Shown piece after piece: positions 23,893-36,797 of a stretch of DNA of 64,000 nt. Where the stretch lies: positions 62,001-126,000 of the forward strand of contig JAPEUI010000019.1 of the NCBI GenBank assembly GCA_026025075.1, written 5' to 3'. Within the stretch, counting starts at the first letter, position 1. The number at the start of each line of letters is the position of its first letter. Under the pieces are notes generated by a model. It searched no databases, was not told the origin of the DNA, and saw only the letters and a program-made list of their open reading frames with translations. Made by a program: the position numbers and the translations under genes. The DNA comes from Vezdaea acicularis (lineage: Eukaryota).

Positions 23893-26199
23893 GGGAACGC
23901 CTAAAGAATGAAATAGACAGAAAAAATCGAAGTCAGAGTGCAGAAGAGGGTCTAGGAGTGCCTCATAGCCTCGAGGTGGAGTTCTGTGACTGGCGATAGC
24001 GCCGGATGCCAGGCTTAGTAAGAATCAGCATGAGATTGAGCAGTATCTTTGAGCGTTCTAAAGACTGAACTCTAAAATCTAGCAGTAAATGGATGAAGAA
24101 AGTTCCGCAAGTCAGTTGGGGTCCTGGTGCTGCGTAGGTATTACGTGTCTATTAGACTTAAGGCTTCAGAGTTTGTCGGCAAGAAAAGAAAAACAACAAT
24201 CAGAACAGATGATTATGACATGTGCAATTCGTTTGCCCGACCAACACTACCATTTCTAAAATCTACCGCAAGAACAGTGTGGACCAGAACAAACATTGCA
24301 ATAGGGTAATGGCAATGTTGTCTGTGCTTTGACGGAAAGAGCAACCATAGTTTCCCCCTTTTCCTCCTTCTGGGCACCGGGTCTCCCATTTGTTGCGCCT
24401 TATGCAAGGCTTTCTGTTTCTTTCTCACCCTCATAGTTCACCATAAGATACGCAACAGTTTCATTTATCCTTTTCTCTATTAGTACGCAACTTCACTAGG
24501 CTCTACTCTTGTGAACGAGGGAATGGTGAGAGCGGTCTCACTATTTACGGTCACTTTGGCTACACTTTTCTTTTGGGCAAAGTTTTGTCTAAGCTTTTGA
24601 TTCAGGCCAATCGCTCTGCCCCTTGCTATTCTTGTTGTATGACTTTTCTGCAAACTGGGCATGAATTGCGGCTCTCAAGCCACGCCCTCACGCAACACCC
24701 ATAAGATAGTTCTCGCATGGCAAGACCGTTACCATTTCCCCAGCCACAGAATCTTCCTATGATTTCACACTAACTCTTGACCCTCCTACTATTGTGTCCA
24801 CTATGGTGGTATGTGTGATAGACATTTCTTCTGAGGATTCGATAATTTATTAAGGGACGGGCACTTATCTGGCTTTGGCGTACAATCGACTGTCTCTTGT
24901 CTTTGTGTATGATTTGGTTCTGTTGGGTAAGCTCGATCAACTGCACCTCTTTGCGCCGATGCCGGCGCACGAAGTCAGAGACAGGCACCATCCTTGCAAG
25001 GCTCATCCGGAGCGTTCGAGTCCCAAGCTTTTTAAAGGTATGCGGGTTCAGGAGGCGTATGAAACAGCTAGGCTGGTTGGGAGTTGACTGAGAAAGGGTT
25101 AACAAGCGTCAACGGTGTAGCATGTCTCATATAAACCCTCCGAGTCGACCATCTCTTAGGCTGTGGCTATAGCCCAAGGTGAGAGACTTGATGAAAAGTC
25201 TCTTAGTATTGATTTTCGAAGGCAATCTGCGTAGGCGGGAAGAGTAGGATTTAGCGCTCTCCTTATATCGATGCAACTTTGTCGAAGTGACTTTGCTCCG
25301 AGCTGAATCAATACTGTTGGCACGAGGTTGTAATGCCGTGATGGTGTCGATTAGGGGAATTTATTTTCAGGCATTTGGGCTGTTTGATATGACAACGTTG
25401 TTCGAAGAAAGAGAGCATCTGGAAAGTCTTGTAATGGTAATAAGCACACAGGGTGTAGCCAACGCTGAGCTGTGTAAGTGTGATGATGCCGCAGCACTTA
25501 AGCCAGCAAGATGATTTATAAGACGGTGTTCTCCCAGACATAATTAGGGTTCTGTGACGTCAAGTGGGCAGAATGATAATTGGTGGGCAGCTCCAAAAGC
25601 CCTAAAGATGCGACACAGCCGTAAGCCAGCAATAGAGTCAAGGCGATCTGGACAGTGACTCCAGATGTCAAAGGAAAACTTTATCAATGGTCTAGATAGA
25701 TCTAGAACCATACTGAGTTACCGCAACGCGATTGGACTCCCTCTAATCTATCAGTGCAATAGATTGAATCTCAAACAGAGGAAGTCAATCAACATATTGC
25801 TTGCAAGTTCTGTAAATACCAACATTCGCAAGCGTCTGCATGGGCAACTGGTATTAGACATCAACTTACGCTTTTGTCCCATGGCCCTATATTGACTCAA
25901 TCCCATCCGCGAATCGTCTGCCTAATATCAATGACCAGAATTCCAGGAAGCCGCTGCTTTTCCCAGCAGCAGAAGCTGACGAGGAGAGATGGAATGATAT
26001 GGACAAACTATGGATTGGGTAATGAAGAGACATCATGCCGACATTGTCCTCTCCACTGAGTCATATTTACCTGCGCCAACCCATTATAAAGCCCAACACT
26101 CTTCCACAACCTTTAAACAAAGCCTCTACATCCAAAACTTCATCCCCCCACCCACCACTCCCGCATCCAGAAAAAAAAAGGTTCCTTCCACACCCCAAA

Positions 26200-26442
26200 A
26201 TGTGCTGGACGCATACCTACCGACGGCACTGCTGCTACCACGGCCTTCTGTTCATTGGATACTGCCAAAATGCACGGAACGAAGATTTGCGGGGTTTGCT
26301 GGTATCAAACCTCTATACCGACGAAAATCTTCCCGAGAATTGGGAAGTAGGTTTTTGCGACGTGGTGGATAGGCGTGAAGTCGCGTTGCGGGATGGGAGG
26401 TGCTTCAGGTGCGATAAGCGTGAAGGGCCTCAGGGTGACTGA
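26200..26442 (+). CDS. Small Cys-rich hypothetical protein (80 aa)
   Basis: ATG in caaaATG context; MCWTHTYRRHCCYH...C...C...CFRC pattern; TATA-like TATAAA about 110 nt upstream. Confidence 0.5.
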   Translation: MCWTHTYRRHCCYHGLLFIGYCQNARNEDLRGLLVSNLYTDENLPENWEVGFCDVVDRREVALRDGRCFRCDKREGPQGD

Positions 26443-26746
26443 GGAGTATTCAGGAGAAAACGTACTAGTAATGGAGCATTACTGATGAAGGCACTGGACA
26501 CTGTGGTGTAGCGAATATAATGAACTTGGCCAGCAGAGTTGTGGAAGTCATAGGACTTTGACTATAACGATTGTAGCCTTCGCGAGGCGTTAAGGGGCTT
26601 CTGATAATCGATAGCTTTGAGAAAGGCTTACGATTAGGAGCTATGTAGGTGGATTTGAACACCACATGAAGATTGCTGAGGCTACTTCTAGAGCCCCAGA
26701 GTGTGATAAATTGATATGAAAGCCATGGTACGCCTAAAGTGACAGC

Positions 26747-27653
26747 TCAAGGTATGAACGGTATTCCAATCCGAGTCCGCTCCCGGTAAGCCTTATACTC
26801 CGGGTACCACTCAAGTAAGTACCTCTCCTCTCCTATTCACATGGTTAACGGGGGTCTATATCAGGGCAAAGCCACACCTACCACGAATCCTCCTGCTGAA
26901 AAACTTCCAAAGAAGGAACCCAAATGCCAGAAAGCTGAATGGGTTGCCCAGAACCAGCTGCGTTCCTAACGCCCAATAGAAGTATCCAAAGTAGCTCGGG
27001 TGTCGCAAATAATTGTATATTCCGTCCGTGACCAGCACATGCTCCTCTGCGCGCTTCATCTGTACGGTATGGTTGAAGCTCCTGCCCGCTGTTGCCATTG
27101 CTTCCGATCGTGCCCACTGCCCAGTGACAACCAAGCTCAGACCGAGCGCCAATAGGTAGGGCTGAAGTGTTTGCGTTGCCCAATGCCTGTTTGGGTAAAA
27201 GTAATTGGTGATGATACATTCGAGTAGGGCCGTTGAATGGGCTATGTTGTATGCCCTCCCATTCTGAGAAAGGAGAAATGCGGCGATGTTGGCTTGCTTC
27301 GTGTTGTAATGGGCAGTCGTCCAGTATTCAAGAAAATGAAAGAGCGAAAGCGCACTGATGAAGAACGGAGCCCGCCATAACGGGTTGCCCTTCCATATCA
27401 GGAGCACTGTGAGCAGGGCTGTGAACCCGAGAGAGTTGCCTAAGCAGAACGAGCGAAATGAGACGCCTGAGAGGGATTTCGGATGATGCGGTAAAAGTTC
27501 GACATTAACAGGCGCCCTATATTTAGGCTGACCATGCCCGTTCGTGCGCTCATTCGTATGCTCATGCTGGAAATTCGGCCCCCCTTGAGGCTGCGTAGGT
27601 ATCTGTGACGCCATAAGGTTGAGCTGTTGTGCAGTCAGAGGGGAGGCCGGCAT
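26747..27653 (-). CDS. STE14: Protein-S-isoprenylcysteine O-methyltransferase
   Basis: FHFLEYW, AGRSFNH, LVTDGIYNYLRHPSYFG. Intron 26833-26881 then EERYL...GIPFIP. Confidence 0.93.
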
Positions 27654-27967
27654 GTTCTGACGCTGGTTCAAGAGACGCGAAGCTCAAGGTGCAAGACCGG
27701 ACGGAAGTTCGAAGCATGAAAGACAAGAAAGCACAAGGCTAAGAGTTCCATCGCGACAGACATCGTAGATGCATCATGAGCATCGGGGCACCTGAGGCTT
27801 GCAAGCGGCCACGCGAGCTCAGGAGCGTCATCGGGCATGACCGCAAGGAGACACCGCCTTGGCATTTTTCGGCAGAACAATGGTAAACCTTATTTGTCAT
27901 CTCGTCTCCGCACCTCCGTCTAACTATTGTTCACGATCCTCGACAAAGGCCGGAAAGCACTTGGATC

Positions 27968-28895
27968 ATGGATCTCTCAAAGCTTGATGGTGCGGCCGAA
28001 AAGGCTAAGTCGCTCCGTGGAGAACTCTACCATGCCTTCGCCCCCCAGTTGATCAAAGAGCGGGCACGGTGCTCGCGAGCGTGCAATCGCTTCAACAAAG
28101 CGGACAATCTCTCGAGACGGCAGCAGGTGGAGATGTGGAGAGAGTAAGATCGCATTCAGTAGCATCTACATGGGATCATAATTACCATACCCGGTCTAAT
28201 GCATTATATCTGTACCATAGCATTGTGCAGGACTCCAGGCCGCTGCCGCCAGTCGCGGCTACGCCAGAGGAGGACGACGAATTGTTCGTTCTGGATCCGT
28301 GGGTCGAGCCACCTTTGAGGATAGACTATGGGACAAACGTCACATTAGGGGACAACGTCTTTCTGAACTTCAACTGTGTGATTCTAGATACCTGTCAAGT
28401 CACTATTGGCGCCCGAACACTCGTCGGACCGGATGTGAAGTTCTATTCAGGAACTCATCCGCTCGATCCCGTTATTAGGAATGGGACAAATGGGCCAGAG
28501 CTTGGCAAGGAGATCCATGTCGGTGAAGACGTCTGGATCGGCGGCACTGTGACTATCTTGTAGGTGAATCTGTGGGATTATCTCTACTTCCAGAACTCAA
28601 GAAAGCTCAGGCCTGGGGTCAACATCGGTAAGGGCGCAACAATTGGCGCCGGCTCCGTCGTTACCAAGGTACGAATTTTCAGAACAAAGAAAAAGCCCCA
28701 AAGATTACTGAAACTCGACATCAATCTTAGGACGTGCCTCCATTCACCGTTGTGGCCGGCAATCCGGCTCGAATTATCAGAAAGATCCAGACCTCGATGG
28801 ATCCCGATCAGAAGCAGAATACAAAGGCAGAGACAGCAGGCGCAGAAACTCCTATGGCCGAGCTTGCAGAAAAATTAGACAAACTAGAGAACTAA
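27968..28895 (+). CDS. Maltose/galactoside O-acetyltransferase (left-handed beta-helix)
   Basis: GELYHAF, WVEPPLRIDYG, FNCVILD, DVWIGG, IGAGSVVTK/DVP and GNPARIIR; three introns. Confidence 0.92.
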
Positions 28896-28968
28896 TGAGC
28901 ACTGTTAGAATTTTAGAAGTAGTGGTAACACCGTAGACCTATCAATCTGGTCACATCAGGCCAGCACC

Positions 28969-29543
28969 CTAAAGCCCCTTCAAACCTGCCGGCAGAACCA
29001 TCTTGAGGCCAGTCCATCCTGTCAAGGTTAGGAGACCGAGCATGAAAAGCCAATGCGGCGCTCCTCCCTTTAGCCTGCCCCTTCCGTTCGGTCCCCATGC
29101 CTTGTTCGTATACCCCACCGCATAAATCCATCTGCCAGCAATCCAACCCAATCCCAAAGCGCTCGCCGTTAGTGGATACTCAAACCCCGAGATGAGCAGA
29201 GAAGAGAGTACGATCGGATAGTTCTCGAGCATGTGAGCGTGACCTCGCTGGGCGCAATTGAAGAGATATTCGGCTTCGGTTAGGCCTTTGTGTTCTTTTC
29301 TCTCTTCTGGCAAAGAGGGATCGTCGCCTGACGTGGTGGGATAGGCGTAGGGTATTGGATAGGGCACGCGAGCTCTCCTGCGGTAGCCACCGACGCGGAA
29401 GGTATGCCATAGCGTGAGGAAGTAGGTGGAAGTAGCAGTAAGGATGACATATCTGCTCCGAGAGTGAGATGTGAGGCTAAGCAAGGCTATTGATGTGGTG
29501 CAACATACCCGTATTCCCTCGGGATCTCTATCGTAAGAGACAT
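28969..29543 (-). CDS. MAPEG family protein (microsomal glutathione S-transferase 3-like)
   Basis: IPREYG/YVI, ARVPYP, FNCAQRGHAHMLE and GRWIYAVGY; one intron. Confidence 0.9.
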
Positions 29544-30970
29544 GTTCGCCCCGTGTTCGTGCGCTGCAACGCCTTGGCAGTAAGTCTTAGAAGTGAGCTG
29601 TAGGGTATGTAGAGTTGGAGAAGATCTTCGGTGTGGGCATGCAAGTCTTATAGTAAATGTGGCTTGCGAGGCTGGTTTCACCTGCACGATGAAGTTGAAA
29701 ACACGTTTCCTAAAGCAACCGCGCATCTCGGGTCGGCGCAATGCAATTGCCCGACGCGGAAATTTGATTTCAGACCGCTCTCCCCCATTGCGCCGACTTC
29801 ACGAGATAAGGAAGGCAGCGTGCGACGCGACACACGAGAGGAGAGCTTGTAAAGGTTCCGACAGCGCTTTGGAAGTTCTGACACGTAAGAGCTGGGTTGG
29901 ACCTGATCACTCTGTGGCAAGAAGGAAGGTGGAATTGTCGGGTAAAATCATTTCGAGAAACAAAGACTGCTGCCGGAAGCAGAAGTGTACTTGATACACC
30001 AAGAGCTAGGAGCTAGGGGTCTGACAATCGGTTTTGTATGGCTACATATCAAAATTTTCATCCGTCAGCAACATTGAATTATCCCGAACGGGTGCTGCCT
30101 AAGTTGCAACACCATCATCGGGTCCGAATTCCTTTATAGTTCTGGCGGCGAGACCTCCAATCAACATCTTTGCGGACTTCCTAAGCCCGGAGCGAAAGTA
30201 CACGTGTACTTCTGTGGCATGTGCTGTATGTGATACACCGAACACCTTCTAGTTCTGTCAGCCATTTTCATTATATTATAGTCCCTCTACAACGGCTGCT
30301 TTGGCCTTGCTTCAACTATACTACTTCTTTCCCTTCTCCGCGGGCGTACTTTATCCTTAATATGAGGCACGGACTATATGAGTAAGCCGTTCTTCTACAA
30401 TCTCTCTCTCTTTACATTGCTGGCCGCGCTGGCTTTCCAATGGTATCCTCCCCTTCAGAACCTGGGTTGTACCCAAAGAGAAATCCTAAGAAGGCCCGCA
30501 AGGCCAGATGGGAAAGTGATAGAGCTTTACTTTCTCGAAACAGCGCCTTGGCCCAATTGACATAGACCGAATCGTCATTATCACGATTGTCTGTCACGCC
30601 TTCCCCATTTTCTTCCACACGCTCTAAATTTTCTACTACGGCGCCTTGGCATAGTGAGGTCATGTCAGCCCCCTCCAGTATTCTCCCTACGAACAGGGGA
30701 GGGCTCCTAGATTTCAACAATATTTTCCTAGAGTTCGCCATAGCCCCTTCTTTTTTTGGGGAAATTTCGTATCATACACGCTTGATGGGTGTGATCCCAT
30801 GGCACGGGCGACATTACAATACACGGGTGGTCTCCCATAATCCGAGAAACCTCCCATCATATGGACCCACCTATCGCCGGCAATCGGACTTGTCGTGTTC
30901 CCTCCTATACAATCTAGAAGTAACACCTGCCAAAAACTCTAACCCTAACGCCACCTGATCCCCACACCCT

Positions 30971-32537
30971 TCATTTATTTGGAACGCTTCCATATTTCGC
31001 ATGCCATGCAAAAAAATACAATAATGCCGCCAGAGGTTGTCCAACCAAGCAAAAACTGACCCAGAAAATGACGTTGCCAATAATCTTTCCATTAACGCCT
31101 TGCATCCTCTCTAGTGGAACTGTGGCCCAAATCATAGGCAGCTGAATGACCATTCCGAAAAACGCGACCCCAATGATGTTGTGAGTCGGCACTCCCACCA
31201 AGAGCTCATGAAGAATCCCTGAAAAGACGAAGACGGCTGCACTCGCAACATGAGAACTCCAGCCTCGGCTGACCATAGGTAGGAAGATGTGGCGTTTCAT
31301 GAACTGGTAGACGGGCTTGTTCCAGGTTCGCCAGTATACGCCTACGCTCGGACTGTTCCACCAGTCAGTATAGAACTCTCGGTCACCGAATTTCATGACT
31401 TCGGCAAGAGCGTTCAAGAAGGATTGGAAGAGCGCGAAGAATCCAGCAAGCCAAATGACGAGGGATATCGTTGAGAGCTTCATGAGTCTCTCAATTATGG
31501 ACGGCATGTTCATTTTCTGCATTTGGGTGAGAGAATTTCGCAGTACAGGCGCCGCATACTGAGCTGTCGCGATCCAGATAAATGTGCTGAGGGCCGCAAC
31601 TTCTGTGACCCGTTTCAAGACGAAAAGCCACCGTATGTGTGATGACCGAGGGTAGACAGGCTGGTATACCAGTGTTGGAGCCCACCAAAAGTATGTCAGA
31701 TTGCTGAGTGTGATGTTTCTTGGGTACGGTAAGTCGTTGTATATCTCAGGAAGGGGTTTCAGGCTGGACCGAGAAAGAAGAGTGTATCGAAGGTCGCGAT
31801 TGGTGAAGGCATAGGAGCAAACTTTCAGCCACACGATGACTGCATGAAACATGCACAGTGTTCCGATCAGGGGATGGTGAATATAGAAATAGACTGTAAA
31901 TGTCGTGATCAACAGACAGAGGGTGATGTTGATCCCGTGAGAAAAGGCAAGAAGTCGCCACGTCGATTGAAATGTTTGACGCTCTTTCTGCTTCTGCTCT
32001 GGCGATGCTTCTATCCAATCTGCTTTTTTCCGTCTTCCAACAATGCCTAGCGCTTGTTTCGCAGCCGCCAGTTCTATTATATAGGCCGCGAGAAGGTGAC
32101 AGGGGACTAGGAGGTAGAGGAAAATGCCTAGGTAGACGTCTTGACGTCGGTAGTCGTGACATCGGACGCAAATCAATACACCATACTATTTCTTCCGTTA
32201 GCTTAAGCTCACAGTCCTTCGCAATGGGTTGACGGACCTTTATGAAGTTCTCGACCATCAAGCGCAGATTAGACACTACAAGGACGATGATCATGAGGTT
32301 CCGGAACCCCAAGAAGCTCGGCGCAACATCGGAATCATGACTCAAGACAGACGTCTTAGGCCTCGTATGAATCGCGGTGGTATGTCTGTACTTTTTGTCC
32401 ACATGAGGCATCGGCGCTTGATGTGGCGAGCTGTGAAGTTGGGACTGTTCTGTTGACGTATGGTGTCCGTTCGGCTTTGATAGCTTGAACTCTCGTCCAT
32501 TCTGCCTCGAAGTCTGAGGGGAGCCATTCTGTGACAT
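30971..32537 (-). CDS. MBOAT acyltransferase, DGAT1/sterol O-acyltransferase-like
   Basis: SFLGFRNL, APTLVYQ, FGDREFYTDWWNS and catalytic HELL; one intron at about 32187-32237. Confidence 0.92.
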
Positions 32538-33135
32538 GGCGCAAGGCAAGAGGCCCAATTGTAGAAAGATCAATTGAAGGGGTGATGGGCATTGAGAGCC
32601 ATCGCGGCCCTGAAGGGGGTGATTGCCCGCAAAGCTGGGGCTTGCCGCATTTGGTGGGGCAGAGGAAAATCCGGGAAAATGCAAGAGCGTTGGGCTGCCT
32701 GACGCACAGGAAAGACGTCAGGGATGCTGCATTAGCCCCTCCCATGGACCTCTTGCCCACGACCTCGACAATGCGACCACATCAAGCTTAACACCTTTGA
32801 ACAAGACCTAGCTCTGACCAAGGAGTACATATGGCCGGGCTCAGGTTTAGAGAGATATATTCCTCTTGATAAGAAATCTGGTGACTCACAGGTATTGTCA
32901 TATCATAGTTCTGAGAGTCTTCCTATTAGTCCGTGATTTCGGCTCAAGCGGAAAAAGGATTACCCGCGCGTACCTCCGACGCGAACTTGAAGAAAGTCTG
33001 ATTTGAGCTTTCCCTGACAAGCTAGAACCGCGTGCATCTCTTATTCCATGATGCGCCCATAGCCTTTTCGCGGCGCTGTTGCTCTTTACAAGACATAGAG
33101 GGTATTGCGGTGCAGCGCGCCTGACTATTAAAGGC

Positions 33136-35353
33136 ATGGCGTACGAACGCGAGTCTGGCGGTGGAGGATTCGATGGAAGGTTTGGACGGGGTAAACGTAG
33201 GTTACTGTTTCTTATTTTCTGTTCTAACCTTCCCCTGCAACCTGTAAACGAGATCAGGGACCCCGCATGGCAATTGAAAATTGTCCGCGGGCTATAACGC
33301 CTGATGCAATGAAGTTGGGAAGCTGATCCGGGGTGATTCTGCCGCTTAGGTCCTGTGACAGACTATGGCTCTTCGATGGTACTATGGATGCGCAATCGGA
33401 GGGACAAACATCTGGGGCTTCCGAATGTGGAACGAGAGAGGCCAAGCCCTAGTTATATTGTTGATGTGGGTGCCTACTATTGTACCTTGTGTGTGGACTT
33501 GAGGAAGGAGAATTGACATACCTTTTGCTAGATGCTTCCTCCAGCAGCATCTCGTCCGTCTGACTGTATTCCTGCAAAATTCTTGCATTCTTCGCTGAAC
33601 AAGGTCAAACACCCAATCAATGTTGTCAAATGGACGCCCGAAGGTCGGAGACTTCTTACTGCTTCGAGCAGCGGGGAATTCACTTTGTGGAATGGAATGG
33701 GATTCAATTTCGAGACAATCATGCAGGTAGGTGGCCACTTCGATCCAGGCGATACCAGGACTCGACTCAAGATATCATATACTGAACTTTGATATATTAT
33801 AGGCCCATGATTCTGCTATTCGAGCGGTGTCATATTCCCATGATGACAATTGGTTGATTTCGGGTGACCATGACGGTTATGTCAAGTTCTGGCAGCCTAA
33901 TTTCAATAACGTGCAAGTCATCGAAGCGCATAAAGATCCTATTCGAGACCTAGCATTTGCTCCCACAGACGTCAAGTTTGCAACTGCCTCTGACGATGCT
34001 ACTATAAAGATATGGGACTTCAACACAGGAAAAGAGGAGCTAACTATTACGGGGCATAATTGGGAGGTCAAATCAGTCGACTGGAATCCAGTGAAAGGCC
34101 TAATAGCTTCAGGGTCCAAAGACCATCTTATCAAGCTTTGGGATCCCCGCAACGGCCGATGTCTGACTACATTCCACAACCATAAAAATACTATCTCTAA
34201 AGTACTTTTTGACCCCAAAAGGGGCGACATCCTTGCGACATGTGCACGAGATCAGACGGCTCGGATATTCGATCTCCGCATGATGCGCGATGTCGTGCTT
34301 CTACGAGGGCATGATAAAGATGTCCAAACCCTAACTTTCCACCCCAATTACGCCAATCTTGTCTCAACTGGCGGCTCAGACGGTACTCTTTTCCATTACT
34401 TGCTTGACGAACAACATGCCCCTCAAGGCGTTGCGCATACCATATCTCCCTATGACAGCGCTGACCCCAAAACACATCCCACACATTCCATCTGGCCACG
34501 ACACAAGGTCCCATTTGCTCACGACTGGGCAATTTGGAGTCTCGACTGGCACCCATTAGGCCACATCCTCGCATCCGGATCCAACGACCGGATAACACGC
34601 TTCTGGACGCGCAACAGACCAGGCGACACCGCATACATAAATGACCGCTATCACATTGGTGAAGCTGCCGCGGAAGCGCAAGGCACATGGGACCGACGAG
34701 GCGGTAAGAAGCAGCTGCAGGAGCAGGAAGAACGCGAGTACGAGGACGAAGCTGAAGGGCTAGTCGACCAGAAGATGCCCCCCAAGCAGGCCCAATTCCC
34801 AGGTATACCAGGTCTACCAGGCCTTCCGTCAACAGCGAACGACGGGACAAGCCAAGGAGGCGCGCAGCCTCAATTCCCAGGGATGGGCGCAGTCCCGCCA
34901 CCACCTCCGCCAGGCGGCCTTCCAGGCCTCGGCATACCCAATCTAGATCCCTCGAACCCACCAAATCTCAAGCAGCTAGCATCTCTACTCGGCAATCTCC
35001 CACCAGGCTCGCTGCCACCAATGCCTCCACCTATTCCTGGCATGGCAGGTGTTTCGGGCTTCCCCCCACCGCCGCCACTGCCCGCCAACTTCCCTGGCGG
35101 CGTGATCCCGCCAGGCCTCCTACCGCCTGGCTTTAAGCTGCCTCCTGGCTTTCCGCAAGGCGTACCACCACCGCCGCCGCCTCTCGCAGGCGGGGGCCTG
35201 CCCGGGTTGGGTCCAAGTCCGATGTGGCACGATGGTGCGCAGGAAAGCAAAGGAGGGGCTGTGAGTAGCATTAGAAAGAGAGCGCCACTGCCCAGTCAGG
35301 AAGAGAGTCTTGCCGAAGAGAAAAGGAGAGGGAAGTATAGGACTGCGAGATAG
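33136..35353 (+). CDS. PFS2: Polyadenylation factor subunit 2 (WDR33 orthologue)
   Basis: [51 protein letters not shown] and RFWTR; Pro/Gly-rich tail; three introns. Confidence 0.94.
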
Positions 35354-35572
35354 GGGATTTGCGATTCTGGTTCTTGGTGCTGGATACGTCCATGGAGTCT
35401 CTACGGTGTAGGATAGTGATCGGGGCATCCAGTTTCTGTGCACGGCATACGGGTGGGGTTTGAACATCTTGCATCCTGCATGGCGTGGGTAATCCCAATC
35501 TGTATTATAGTAATACCACAACCGCAAGCCGTCGCGAAGCAGTATCGAATCGCCTTGTAGGCCATCCCACCA

Positions 35573-36797
35573 TCATAGAACGGACTTTCCTCCAAACACG
35601 ACCCCCTGCAACCAGTCACCTACAATCCTGTTCACGTCTTCCGGTACCTCCCACAGCGCCCAATGACTCGCATTGAGCTCTCTCCTCGTCAATTGCGTAC
35701 ATACCTTCTCCATCCCCGCGCTCATCTCAGGCTTCAGCGCAATATCCCTCTTCGCCGCAACGAACAGGACCGGAATCCTAAGCACAGGGTCCTCAATGCT
35801 TTGTTCGTCCAAAAAGTTCAGATGCCGCGTCCGGTACCAGTTCTGCGGGCCACGCATGCCATTCCTCGCGAACTGCTCTGCATAAAAGTCGATAACTTTC
35901 TCCGACACGAGTGGCGAGGGCTCCAGACTGTCGAAGAGCGAGAAGTCAAAGCCCTTTTCGACGGTGAAGACGTGTTTTCCGTTCGTGCTGCGAGCGCCGT
36001 AGGTGGCGTGCAGCAGCTTCTTGAACATCTCGTGCCCGACTACTCTGCGCTCCACTTCGGGGCCACGGAGTTGGAGTTGATAACCGAAGTTTGGGAGGGC
36101 GGTACGGACAAGCTCGTCGAGCTCGGTGTACTCTTTTGAAGGAGGGAAGTATGGCGTACAGATGCTGAAGATGTGGGAGACGAGGGTGGGGTGGTGGAGG
36201 GCGACGCGGTGGACGACGGCACCGCCCCTGGGAGGGAAGGATTAGCTGGATGAGCGGATTGAGGGGTTGAGGACGCCTTGCCAGTCGTGTCCCCCAATAA
36301 TGATTTTGGGCGCGTCGAGTTGACGGGCGAGTTCGTTGATGTCGTCTGCGGCCCGCTTGAAGGTGTAGAAGGAGAGCGGTTCAGGCGCGTCCTGGAAAGC
36401 TCAATGAGTTGTGCTGATTTGAGGGCTGAGGAGCGCGGGGTAAGCTTACTGTGCCTCCGTAACCCATCATGTCTGGGACTACGACCCGCAGGCCCATGTC
36501 AACGAGGGGCCGGACTTGATAGCGCCAGCCATATGAAAGGTCGGGCCATCCGTGAAGCTTAAAGTAAGTCAGGTTGTACGAGTGTCACAGAGTTTGTGCA
36601 GGGCGTACAAGGAAAATTGTGGCCTTGTAAGCAGTTTTAGGTTGACCTAACAGGTAATCTGAAGAGCCTTAGTTTGATACATCACCTCATGGAGGCTGTA
36701 ATTTGGGGACAGTACGATATGTGCAGCCATTGAGAACAGCTTCACGGCTGGAGATATGCGGATCAAGAATAGGGGAGTAATCCCCTGATTTCGACAT
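35573..36797 (-). CDS. Soluble epoxide hydrolase-like alpha/beta hydrolase
   Basis: [15 protein letters not shown], nucleophile elbow GHDW/GG, NWYR and SHWALWE; four introns, one with a GC donor. Confidence 0.9.

Noticed and set aside
24960..25087. J-domain-like fragment HPERSSPKLFKGMRVQEAYE
   Set aside because: HPE instead of HPD, no helix I/II and no credible start or splice context; likely chance.
28560..28610. Apparent premature TAG in the acetyltransferase (possible A-to-I editing site)
   Set aside because: The TAG is part of the GTAGGT intron donor; splicing restores ILPGV.
33197..33349. Stwintron interpretation of PFS2 intron 1
   Set aside because: Removing the internal intron does not reconstitute a GT-type donor for an external intron.
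34780..35220. Pro/Gly-rich repeats in PFS2 and long antisense ORFs over them
   Set aside because: Low-complexity coding tail expected for Pfs2/WDR33; the antisense ORFs are shadows of GC-rich codons.
35573..35590. C-terminal SVL of the epoxide hydrolase as a PTS1
   Set aside because: Val at position -2 is non-consensus, and no TGA-CTA readthrough context follows.
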